A DNA stretch of 64,000 nt from Podarcis muralis. Its lineage: Eukaryota. This document shows, piece after piece, positions 32,849 through 44,146 of the stretch. The notes beneath the pieces were generated by a model. It worked only from the letters and a program-made list of their open reading frames with translations. It was not told the DNA's origin and did no database searches. The translations under genes and the position numbers were made by a program. Numbering within the stretch: position 1 is the first letter of the stretch; each line of letters starts with the position of its first letter. The DNA lies in assembly GCF_964188315.1 (NCBI RefSeq), contig NC_135664.1, forward strand, positions 74,896,001 through 74,960,000. The letters run 5' to 3'.

Positions 32849-35800
32849 GTCGTTTAGTCATGTCCGACTCTTCGTGACCCCCTGGACCAGAGCACGCCAG
32901 GCCCTCCTGTCTTCCACTGCCTCCCGCAGTTTGGTCAAACTCATACTGGTAACTTCGAGAACACTGTCCCACCATCTCGTCCTCTGTCGTCCCCTTCTCC
33001 TTGTGCCCTCCATCTTTCCCAACATCAGGGTCTTTTCCAGGGAGTCTTCTATTCTCATGAGGTGGCCAAAGTCTTGGAGCCTCAGCTTCAGGATCTGTCC
33101 TTCCAGTGAGCACTCGGGGCTGATTTCCTTCAGAATGGAGAGGTCTGATCTTCTTGTGGTCCATGGGACTCTCAAGAGTCTCCTGCAGCGCCATAATTCA
33201 AAAGCATCAATTCTTCGGCGATCAACACTAAGCTTCTTCATTTAGTGCCTAGTTAAACAATGGAACTCTCTCCCACAGGAGGCAGAGATGACCACCAACT
33301 TGGGTGGCTTTCAACTTCATGGAAGAGAGGTCTATTCATGGCTATTAGGAAGGCTCTGCTCTGTCTCCAATGCTGGAGGAAGCAATGCTTCTGAATACTA
33401 GTTGCTGGGAACTGCAGGCGTGGAGAGGGCTCCATGTGCCTGGGTCCTGCTTTCTGGATCCCCTTTGGGGTATCCTGTCCACTGTGAGGACAGGATGATG
33501 GACTAGATGGCCTGAGCCAGCAGGCTCTCTTTGTTTCGTTATGGAAAGGAGGACCCTTTTCTTCAGATCTCCACACTGAGTATCCCATGGGACAAACGTT
33601 AGAGAGGTGATCTCAAGTCAGTAGACGTGGCCATAGCTGCAGAATTATTGTTGTGTGTGTGTGTGTTCAGGGCAACAGAAGGATGTCCTGTGAAGGGAAA
33701 AGACACTCGTGTAGATAATAATAATAATAATAATAATTTATTTATATCCCACCCTCCCCAGCCGAAGCCGGGCTCAGAGCAGCTAACAACAGTAAAGTAA
33801 TACAGTATTCTAAAATCAATTCATTCTAAAATCAGTTCAAATCAAATCAATGGCAACCGTTGGGCTAGAGCTCTGTGAGGATCACCAAAGGAGGGGGTCA
33901 GGCTGTGCCTTGGCCAAAGGCCTGGTGGAACAGCTCTGTCTTGCAGGCAGAAAGATGTCAAGTCCCGCAGGGACTCTTGGGACAGAGCGTTCCACCAGAT
34001 CGGGGCCACGGCCGAAAAAGCCCTGGTTCTGGTTGAGGCCAGCCTAACCTCTCTGTGGCCTGGGACCTCCAAGATGTTTTAGTTTGAAGACCGTAAGTTT
34101 CTCTGTGGGACATACCAGGAGAGGCGGTCCCATAGGTACGAGGGTCCTAGGCCGTATAGGGCTTTAAAGGTTAAAACCAGCACCTTAAACCTGATCCTGT
34201 ACTCCACCAGGAGCCAGTGCAGCTGGTACAGCACCGGGTGAATGTGATACCGCAGTGAGGACCCCATAAAGAGTCTCGCCGCGGCATTCTGCACCCGCTG
34301 GAGTTTCTGGGTCAGTCTCAAGGGCAGCCCCACGTAGAGTACATCCCCACTTTGAGGATGGATGTAGATGGGTGAGCAGCAACAAAGTTTAAGACCTGCA
34401 TGGACCCAAAGGTTCATAGATAAAGGAAGAACAGTGACTAAGGATGGTAGGGAGCAATTTAGGCAGGAACATGGGCCATGCCATTTTCTGCAGTGAAAAC
34501 ATTAGCTGGCACCAGGCAAGATGTTTATTGCATTTACGCATCTTTGATCCAATGAGCTCTAGGGTAGTGCACATGGTTCCCCATCCCGGTCCTCATTTAA
34601 TCCCCACAACAGCCTTGTAGGTTAGGCTGAGTGAGTGTCTGACCCCCAAGGTCACCACCACCAGTGAGCTTCATGGCTGAGAGGGCTAAGACCCTCCCTG
34701 CCCGCGGACTGTCTTGCCAGAGTGGTGCATGCTCGAGTTATCTCTCACTTGGACTACTGCAATGTGCTCTATGTGGGGCTACCTTTGAAGGTGACCCGGA
34801 AACTGCAATTAATCCAGAAAGCGGCAGCTAGACTGGTGACTGGGAGCGGCCACCAGGACCACATAACACCGGTCCTGAGAGATCTGCATTGGCTCCCAGG
34901 ACGTTTCCAAGCACAATTCAAAGTGTTTCTGCTGACCTTGAAAGCCCTAAATGCCCTCGGCCCAGTATACCTGAAGGTGCGTTTCCACCCCCACCATCCA
35001 GCCCAGACACTGAGGTCCAGCTCCAAGGGTTCCCTCATTGCAAGAAGTGAGGTTGCAGGGAACCAGACAGAGGGCCTTCTCAGTAGTGGCGCCCGCCCTG
35101 TGGAACGCCCTCCCTTCAGATGTGAAGGAAATAAGCAGCTATCCTATCTTTAAAAGACATCTGAAGGCAGCCCTGTTCAGGGAAGTTTTTAATATTTAAT
35201 GCTGTATTGTTTTTAACACTCGGTTGGGAGCTGCCCAGAGCGGCTGGGGAAACTCAGCCAGATGGTTGGGGTATAAATAAAAAATTATTATTATTATTAT
35301 TTGAACCCTGCTCTTGCCCCAGTCTGATGCTCTAAGCATTGCACCACACTGCCTCTCGACGTGCAGAACGGACCACTGGGAGCGAGGAAGCACTGACGAC
35401 CTCCTCTCTTTCCAGAGTCTGCGGAAGGCGCCCCTTGGTGCCAGGCCATGGTGGCGGCACAGGGCGGACTACGGGTGGGGCCGACGCCCTGCCGGGGGCC
35501 TGGCCCTGGATCGTCAGCTTGCAGCTGCCAACATTGACGGGGCACAAGCACACCTGCGGAGGCGCCCTCATCACTGCCCGGTGGGTCCTCACAGCCGCCC
35601 ACTGCTTTGGAAGCAAAAAGTAAGCAGGAGCCAAAGTGGTTGGGGGTGGATGAGGCGAAGGAAGATGCCCCCCTGACTGGCCATATGCCCTGACCACTGG
35701 GAGCCGGGCCATGTAGGGGGCAATGGGGCAAAGAGGGGGGCGGGTCCCTAAGTATAAGGAACAAAAAACACAAAGCCACAGGTGATACAATAGAAATACA

Positions 35801-38800
35801 GTGATACCTTGGTTCTTGAACGTAATCCATTCTGGAAGACTGTTTGGCTTCTGAAACGTTTGAAAACAGAGGTGCGGCTTCCCATTGGTTGCAAGAGCTC
35901 CTTGCACTCAGCGGAAGCGACATCGCACATTCGGGTTCCGTAAAATGTTCAAAAACAGAAGCATTTACTTCTGGGTTTTCGGTGTTCGGCTTCCGAAACA
36001 TTCGATAATGGATGCTTTCGGGAACTGAGGTACCACTGTATATATAATCGTATATGTAATTGTGACTTCTGAAACGAAGGTTGGACTAGGATGACCTTAC
36101 ACTACAATTCTACGATTCTATGATTAATCAGTATAAAGGTAAAGGTAAAGGTACCCCTGCCCATACAGGCCAGTCATGTCCGACTCTAGGGTTGTGCGCC
36201 CATCTCACTTAAGAGGCCGGGGGGCCAGCGCTGTCCGAAGACACTTCCGGATCACGTGGCCAGCGTGACAAGCTGCATCTGGAGAGCCAGCGCAGCACAC
36301 GGAAACGCCGTTTACCTTCCCGCTAGTAAGCGGTCCCTATTTATCTACTTGCACCCAGGGGTGCTTTCGAACTGCTAGGTTGGCAGGCGCTGGGACCGAG
36401 CAACGGGAGCGCACCCCGCCGCGGGGATTCGAACCGCCAACCTGACGATCGGCAAGTCCTAGAATCATAGAATCATAGAATCATAGAGTTGGAAGAGACC
36501 ACAAGGGCCATCGAGTCCAACCCCCTGCCAAGTAGGAAACACCATCAGAGCACTCCTGACATATGGCTGTCAAGCCTCTGCTTAAAGACTTCCAAAGAAG
36601 GAGACTCCACCACACTCTTACTGTCAGGAAGTTCTTCCTAATGTTTAGGTGGAATCTTCTTTCTTGTAGTTTGGATCCATTGCTCCGTGTCCGCTTCTCT
36701 GGAGCAGCAGAAAACAACCTTTCTCCCTCCTCTATGTGACATCCTTTTCTATATTTGAACATGGCTATCATATCACCCCTTAACCTCCTCTTCTCCAGGT
36801 TTTACCCACAGCGCCACCCGCGTCTCTGATTAATCAGTATACCTGCATACAATTTAGTATTACAAAATATCCAAACTGTGTCCACTGAATATAAAACAAA
36901 TAAGTTCTCCATGCCTAAAAGTCTGATTACAAAGGAATGCCTTTCTGCCTGGTGCCTGAATATATGTAATGATGGTGCCAGGCGAGCCTCCCTGGGGAGT
37001 GCATTGCACAAAAGGGGAGCCACCACTGAAAAGGCCCTATTCTCCTGTTGCCGCCCTCTGGACCTCCCGGGTCCAGGTCAGTTCATATGGGGAGAGGCAG
37101 TTCTTGGGGTACTGGAGTCCTGAGCTGTGCTCGGCTTCACAGCCTCTTCTGCTCTCCAGGAGCCTTCCGCACTGGCGCGCAGTGATCGGTGCTTCAAAGC
37201 TCTCTGTCCTCGGCTCGGAGGTCCACGTGCGCTACATCAAGCAAGTGGTGGTGCACGAAGCCTACCAGGCGACCACGCAGGTCAATGACGTGGCGCTGAT
37301 GGAGCTGGACCAGCCCATCATCTGCAGCGACTACATCCAGCCGGCCTGCATGCCCGACAGCACCGTCAGCGTGGCCGCTCTGTCTTTCTGCTACATCAGT
37401 GGCTGGGGACTCAGCAAAGCGAAAGGTGAGAGCCTGGCCGAGGCGGCCTCCCTGGCGCACCCTGGCACCCGAGTAGACAAAGGAGGTGGGGAAAGACAGC
37501 TGTGAGGGTCCTCCGGGGACCTTGGCTGGCCCCCTTTTACAGCAGGGATAAGGAACTGTTTGAGGTTGGGAGCCGTAAGCTCTTCTGGGCAACTTTCCAC
37601 GTTTTATTGTAATTTATATTCTGTGTTAGCTGCCCTGAGCCCGGCCCTGGCTGGGGAGGGCGGGGTATAAATAAAAATTCACAATTATGATGATGATGAT
37701 TATATCTGATTGCCTCTGTTCAACACCCCCAAAGTGGCAGTCCCGGCGATGTTGCTCCTTAAGGATCCTGGGGTGTGGTGGGGGCACTTCCTTTCCTCCG
37801 TGGGACTTCGGTTGTAGCTGAAGTTCCAGCATCAAGCTGTCTAGGAACAGGTGGGGGGGGGGGACACACGCACCACGGACTAAAGAGTTGCTCTTCCCCT
37901 GCCAACAGGGGTGGAGGCATCAGACATGATGCAGGAGGCAAAGGTCAATCGCTTTTCCACCCAGACGTGCAACAGCAGCAGCTGGTACAACGGGACCGTA
38001 AGAGAGAACAGCCTCTGCGCAGGGTACGAACAAGGAGGCACCGACAGCTGCCAGGTAAGGTGCCAAGATCCTTGGCAGCTTCAGATATGTGGAACTGGGT
38101 GTCAGATTCGAGGATGCAGGAAACAGCCTTGTTCTGAGGATACAGGGGCCCAGCTCCTTTGGCTCACATCATCATTTGGGGTCATCAGCCCAGAGGCGTA
38201 GTGTTGGGGGGTGTGGCCCCGTGTGCACATTTCTGAGGGGGCACCCCCACGACAGGGTGGCCACAGCTGTGGGGAGGCAAGCCAAGCTGCACCCAGGCTG
38301 GGTCCTCGGGCGCTGGGATGGTGTCTCCCCTTGGCTGGAGCATGCCCTGCCCATGGGCCAACCGAGAGGGGGGGAGGGAGGGAGGGAGGGAGGGAGGGAG
38401 GGAGAAGGGGCTGCCGCCCCCCTCCAGGAGAGGTGAGAGGCACCACCTGGATGGGGAGGGAGAGGCAAGGAGGAGAAGGGCAGCCGTGTTCTCTGGGGCT
38501 CCAGTACAGTGTGGCAGTAGGCAGGTTGGTCCAGTGGGCAGGTGGATGGAGGCAGAGGGCGAGGAGTCTGTTGAAAGCGGGCTTCGTTCACCCTCAGCAC
38601 GGGCCCCGCACGCCCCCAGCGCATGCCCCCCAGCTGACCAGGCAGGGCAGCCCACACCTAGCCACTGCATCACACACACCCCATCTTGTGTGAAAGTGGC
38701 CAAGCACAAGTGGTAAGATCAGAGCCAGTGGTGGTGTAATGGTCAGAGTGTCAGACTAGGACACAGGAGACCAGGGTTTGAATCTTCAGTCAGCCATGGA

Positions 38801-41800
38801 AAATATACCTGTGCCCTATGTTTCTATTTAGTGACCACTCCTCTGTTGCAATACTTAAAGGGTTTGGGGAGCCCCCAATACACTTCAGTTTGCCCTTTAA
38901 AAAAGCCACACTTACTTTGGCCACAGGCAGGCTGAGATGCGGCCTCCAGAGAGCTGAGCATGGGCCAATGTGGCTCTCGCTTGCCACCCACCGCCAACAC
39001 CCTTGACTCAGCCATGGGAGACAGTCAGCATCTCTTCGCCCCGTGCAGCCCTTCAGCTGCCCAGCGCTTCTAGAAACCCCGCAACGCCCCAGTGGACACC
39101 CCTTTCTTCCCTCCTTTTGAGACAAATGCAATCGGTTGCTCACCCCCAACTTCTTTTGCATGTCTTGTCGCTGCAGGGAGACAGTGGGAGCCCCCTCATG
39201 TGCAAGGAAGAGGCATCTGAGCCGTTTTGGGTGATTGGAGTCACCAGCTGGGGCCAAGGCTGTGGCAAAGCACACCGCCCGGGAGTCTACGCCGCCACAC
39301 AGCCCTTGTATGCCTGGGTGAAAGGGTGGGCAGGACCCATGCCCCAGCCCCCACCCACCCCAGAGCCTGCCCCTTCGGCACCCCGGAAGCTGAAGACACC
39401 TCACGTCACTATCTATTTCCATCCTCCGACAAACCCTTTCCATTGGTCTGAGACCAGCAGCAAGCCCACAGCCTCATCGCAGCCGAAGCCACAAGAGGAG
39501 ACCACATCCACAAGCACATCTCAACCCACGCCCGAAACCAAGCCTGAAACTACATCCCAGCCCACGTCTGAAACCACATCCCAACCCACGTCTGAAACCA
39601 AGCCTGAAACCCCATCTCACCCCAAACCCACACCAGAAACCAAGCCTGAAACCACAACTCAACCCAAACCCACACCAGAAACCAAGCCTGAAACCACAAC
39701 TCAACCCGAAACCAAGCCCGAAACCAAGCCTGAAACCACAACTCACCCCAAACCCACACCAGAAACCAAGCCTGAAACCACATCTCAACCCAAACCCACA
39801 CCAGAAACCAAGCCTGAAACCACAACTCACCCCAAACCCACACCAGAAACCAAGCCTGAAACCACAACTCACCCCAAACCCACACCAGAAACCAAGCCTG
39901 AAACCACATCTCAACCCAAACCCAAACCCAGAACTCCAACCAAGCCCACAATCACAATTCATTTCAGGCCTGCAACTCAAACCAAGCCTGAAACCCCATC
40001 TCATCCCAAACCCACGTCAACACCTCCAACCAAGCCCACCATCACAATTCTGTTGAGGCCTGCAACCCCAACTCAAACCAAGCCTGAAACCCAATCTCAA
40101 CCCAAACCTACGCCGACACCTCCAACCAAGCCCACCATCACAATTCATTTGAGGCCTGCAACCCCACCCAAACTAAGACCCCCACTTCCACCGCAGGCAA
40201 AGCCAGAACACATACCTCAACCTGAGCCAGAGACCCCTCCTCTGCCAATGCCCAAAGTCCCACCTCAGGCTAAGATACCAACCACACCTGAACCAAATAT
40301 CACAGCCTCACCTCAAAGGAAGCCAGAAACCACAACTCAACCAAAGATCACACCTCCAACAGACCCAGAAATCATACCTCAGCCAAAGCCCACATCCCCT
40401 CCTCAAACAGATCCAGATGGCATACCTGCATCTCAGCCACCTCCCAACCCCCCAACTCCACCTCAAGCTGAGAACAGCACTACGCCGGAAGTGAAGCCCC
40501 CGTCCCTACCTCAAACTGTGTCCAACACCTCACTTGAACCCAATAATGAAACACAACCTGAGATGGAGCTAGATGTATCACCTGAGCATGAGCATGAACA
40601 TGAGCACAAGCCTGGAGGACCAAATGTGTATGAGCATGAACATGAACATGAGCATGAGCATGAGCATGAACATGAGCATGAGCATGAGCATGAACATGAG
40701 CATGAACATGAGCATGAACATGGGACAGGAGAGCCTTATGCATATGAGTACGAGCATGAGTATGAGGCTGGAGGGCCACCTGAGCATGAAACCCCACTGG
40801 AACCCACGACGGAAGCGCCATCGGAACCTGTGACAGAAGCCCCATCAACACCCACAACAGAAGCGACATCGAAACCCACAACAAAAGTCCCATCAAAACC
40901 TACAACCGAAGCTCCATCAACACCCACAGATGCCCCATCAAAACCTACAACCGAAGCTCCATCAACACCCACAGAAGTCCCATCAAAACCCACAACTGAA
41001 GCTCCATCAAAACCCACAACCGAAGCTCCATCAACACCCACAACTGAAGCTCCATCAACACCCACAGAAGCCCCATCAAAACCCACAACCGAAGCTCCAT
41101 CAACACCCACTGAAGCCCCATCAAAACCCACAACTGAAGCTCCATCAACACTCACAGAAGTCCCAGCAAAACCCACAACTGAAGCTCCATCAAAACCCAC
41201 AACCGAAGCCCCATCAAAACCCACAACTGAAGCTCCATCAACAGCCACAGAAGCCCCATCAAAGCCCACAACTGAAGCTCCATCAACAGCCACTGAAGCC
41301 CCATCAAAACCCACAACCGAAGCTCCATCAACAGCCACAGAAGCCCCATCAAAGCCCACAACTGAAGCTCCATCAACACTCACAGAAGTCCCAGCAAAAC
41401 CCACAACCGAAGCTCCATCAACACCCACAACAGAAGCCCCATCAACACCCACAGAAGTCCCATCAAAACCCACAACCGAAGCTCCATCAGCAACCACAGT
41501 AGCCCCATCAAAACTCACAACCGAAGCTCCATCAACAACCACAGAAGCCCCATCAAAACCCACGATGGAAGCCCCATCAACACCCACAGAAGTCCCATCG
41601 AAACCCACAACCGAAGCTCCATCAACACCCACAGAAGTCCCAACAAAACCCACAACCGAAGCTCCATCAACACCCACAGAAGTCCCATCGAAACCCACAA
41701 CCGAAGCTCCATCAACACCCACAGAAGTCCCAACAAAACCCACAACTGAAGCCCCATCAACACCCACAGAAGTCCCATCGAAACCCACAACCGAAGCTCC

Positions 41801-42761
41801 ATCAACACCCACAGAAGTCCCAACAAAACCCACAACTGAAGCCCCATCAACACCCACAGAAGTCCCATCGAAACCCACAACCGAAGCTCCATCAACACCC
41901 ACAGAAGTCCCAACAAAACCCACAACTGAAGCCCCATCAACACCCACAGAAGTCCCATCGAAACCCACAACCGAAGCTCCATCAACACCCACAGAAGTCC
42001 CAACAAAACCCACAACTGAAGCCCCATCAACACCCACAGAAGTCCCATCGAAACCCACAACCGAAGCTCCATCAACACCCACAGAAGTCCCAACAAAACC
42101 CACAACCGAAGCTCCATCAACACCCACAGGAGTCCCATCGAAACCCACGATGGAAGCCCCATCAACACCCACAGAAGTCCCAACAAAACCCACGACCGAA
42201 GCTCCATCAACACCCACAGGAGTCCCATCGAAACCCACGATGGAAGCCCCATCAACACCCACAGAAGTCCCAACAAAACCCACGACCGAAGCTCCATCAA
42301 CACCCACAGGAGTCCCATCAAAACCCACGATGGAAGCCCCATCAACACCCACAGAAGTCCCAACAAAACCCACGACCGAAGCCCCATCAACACCCGCAGA
42401 AGTCCCATCAAAACCCACAACCCAAGCTCCATCAACACCCACAGAAGCCCCATCAAAACCCACAACGGAAGCCCCACCAGAACCCGCTACGAAAGCCCCA
42501 GAACCTCAGCCCAAGCCAGAAACTCCAGCTGCCCCCAAGCCCCAGAAAAATACCAATACCACAGTGGCCTCTTTCTTCAGACTGCTTCAGAAATTCTTGC
42601 ATGCTGCCAGGGAGGAGAAGTTGACTGAGCTGGAACTCAAGAAAAAAGGTGCAGATTCTCTCCCGGATTCAGGAGCGGAGAAAAGGAATCCTTGCGCGCA
42701 GGCGAAGAACTCCAAAGCGCCCCTGGCACGTGAGTGCCTCACCAAAGTCAGTAGGTCTTAG
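32689..42761 (+). CDS. ACR: Acrosin-like serine protease B (1424 aa) with intact triad, TTGG activation site and giant mucin-like tail. Exons 32689-32762, 35416-35619, 37160-37425, 37909-38054, 39177-42761
   Basis: Signal peptide [19 protein letters not shown], light chain [32 protein letters not shown]|GDSGSPLMC. Phases 2,2,1,0; exons 1 and 2 are the same length as in paralog A (74 and 204 nt). It sits convergent to RABL2, as human ACR does. The ACR symbol rests on similarity and synteny; which paralog is the true ortholog is unresolved. Confidence 0.88.
32814..33226 (-). mobile_element. Bov-B LINE 3' fragment, 50 nt into intron 1 of gene B
   Basis: [18 protein letters not shown]...GVTKSRT with a (CAA)n tail. 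Confidence 0.9.
33735..34345 (-). mobile_element. Second L2-clade subfamily fragment
   Basis: [23 protein letters not shown]...[17 protein letters not shown]. Same family as 60735-61440. Confidence 0.85.
34685..35280 (+). mobile_element. L2-clade LINE 3' fragment
   Basis: [25 protein letters not shown]. Confidence 0.9.
36136..36826 (-). mobile_element. Sauria SINE interrupted by a CR1 3' fragment (~36462-36799)
   Basis: 15-bp TSD tgattaatcagtata at 36121 and 36827. A CR1 (catagaat)n tail lies inside the SINE head. Confidence 0.9.
39500..40160 (+). repeat. Coding tandem repeat, 39-bp/13-aa unit (PETKPETT[S/T][Q/H]PKPT), followed by degenerate PTKPTITI units
   Basis: Repeated cacaccagaaaccaagcctgaaaccaca... 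units in frame in the terminal exon of gene B. Confidence 0.9.
40584..40790 (+). repeat. Coding (GAG/GAA-CAT)n repeat: (EH)4 plus (EH)15 plus degenerate YEYEHEYE
   Basis: 40584-40607 encodes 4 EH pairs; 40632-40721 is 90 nt and encodes 15 EH pairs. Confidence 0.95.
40800..42480 (+). repeat. Coding minisatellite TEAPS[T/K]PT / TEVP[S/T]KPT (21-24 bp subunits, 45-bp and 90-bp higher-order units)
   Basis: Sequence lines 41701 and 41881 are identical, as are 41761 and 41941. The array stays in frame throughout. Confidence 0.95.
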
Positions 42762-42830
42762 CAGAGTGACTGCCAAATAGTACCCCTAAGAGGAACTCTT
42801 GCGTCAGATTTTGTATTGAATCCAGAAGGA

Positions 42831-42836
42831 AATAAA
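42831..42836 (+). terminator. Poly(A) signal of acrosin-like B
   Basis: AATAAA 70 nt after the TAG at 42761, which supports one 3.6-kb terminal exon. Confidence 0.7.
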
Positions 42837-43059
42837 CTTTTATGTTTGTTACCTGTGTTTGTTACCTGCGTCTTGCCACACACAACCACCCTCCTGAGGC
42901 CAGTTCTGCTCAGCACCACACTCTGGTGCTGTTGGCCACCTGAAAAACTGGCTGCTTGTATTCTTCCTCGCTGTATTGTAAATTGTAAGGTGTGTGTGTG
43001 GGGGAATCCTACGATTGTGTGCAAGCAGACAGGAGGAAACAGAGGCAGCCACTGGGGTT

Positions 43060-43742
43060 GTCTTTTACGACCGCTAGGTGGTGACCCCACTGGGCGCGGT
43101 AATCCAGTCAGGGGAAAAGGGAGGCAGACTATGTTTAGGGCACCTTTTCTAGCCCCTCTCCCTTTTCGGGGTGAGCAGTCTGGATCCTAAAAAGGGCTGC
43201 TCAGTCATGGATGCAGCTGCCGAGCTGCTCAACTGCCTCGTTCCTCGAGTCCGAACGACTGAATCTGTATCCACTGCCCATGTGCCGGTTCATGACTAGG
43301 GGCTTCCAGATTTCACGATCCTGCCCCCGTTACCATTTGCCGATCGCCATGGGACTTTTGGGGTTTGGGTTGGGTTTTTGGAAGACGCCTGTGCGTGAAT
43401 TAGTTTTATGTGTGTAGATCAGTGCACGCTGACCAACGCACAGTCTTCGCAGTAGGTTCTCTGTTCTGATGGCATGGAGTAGCCACAACAAACCGATAGA
43501 TTCCTATCTGCTGCAGCCTTGACCCGCCTACACAGGCGTAGTAACATACTGCTTATTATCATCCGCCTGTTCTGCCGTTGAGGACTTCTTGGACCACTCT
43601 TTGTCTAGCTCCTTCCCTTTGACCTCACCGCCTTGGGTGACCCTGCTGGGAGTGCGAGATTCCCGACGGCTACGCTCACAAGGGTCATAGGAACTTGCAA
43701 GCCCACTTACCACAACAAGGTGATGATCCAGCGAGTGGGTGT
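43060..43742 (-). mobile_element. RTE-clade LINE 5' UTR fragment
   Basis: The minus strand begins ...atcaccttgttgtggtaagtgggcttgc...atgacc...agggtcacccaaggcgg, resembling the recalled RTE/Bov-B 5' leader. Confidence 0.55.
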
Positions 43743-43752
43743 CTAATATGGG

Positions 43753-44112
43753 ACACAGGTGGCACTGTGGTCTAAGCCAACGAGCCTCTTGGGCTTGCTG
43801 ATCAGGTTGTTGGTTCGAATGTCCGTGATGGGGTAAGCTCCCGTTGCTCTATCCCAGCTCCTGCCAGCCTAGCAGTTTGAAAGCACACCAGTGCAAGTAG
43901 ATAAATAGGTACCGCTGTGGCAGGAAGGTAAACGGCATTTCTGAGAGCTCTGGTTTCTGTCATGGTGCTCAGTTGTGCCAGAAACAGTTTAGTCATGCTG
44001 GCCACGACCCGGAAAGCTGTCTGTGGACAAACTCCAGCTCCCTCAGCCTGAAAGCAAGATGAGCGCTGAAACCCCATAGTCGCCTTTGACTGGACTTAAC
44101 CATCCAGAGGTC
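43753..44112 (+). mobile_element. Sauria SINE, diverged
   Basis: gggacacaggtggcactgtggtctaa head and Sauria body. Confidence 0.8.
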
Positions 44113-44146
44113 CTTTCTTTGTCTAATCCTCTTTCACAGCCACCTA

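Noticed and set aside
38970-39176. N-terminal 69 codons of the 1263-aa ORF as coding
   Set aside because: Intronic: the acceptor ctgcag at 39176 joins exon 4 (DSCQ) in phase to GDSGSP.
40736-42463. 575-aa minus-strand ORF ([11 protein letters not shown]...) and other long antisense or off-frame ORFs over 39474-42477
   Set aside because: Shadow ORFs of the A/C-rich coding minisatellite, whose reverse strand rarely forms stop codons. They have no splice or promoter support.
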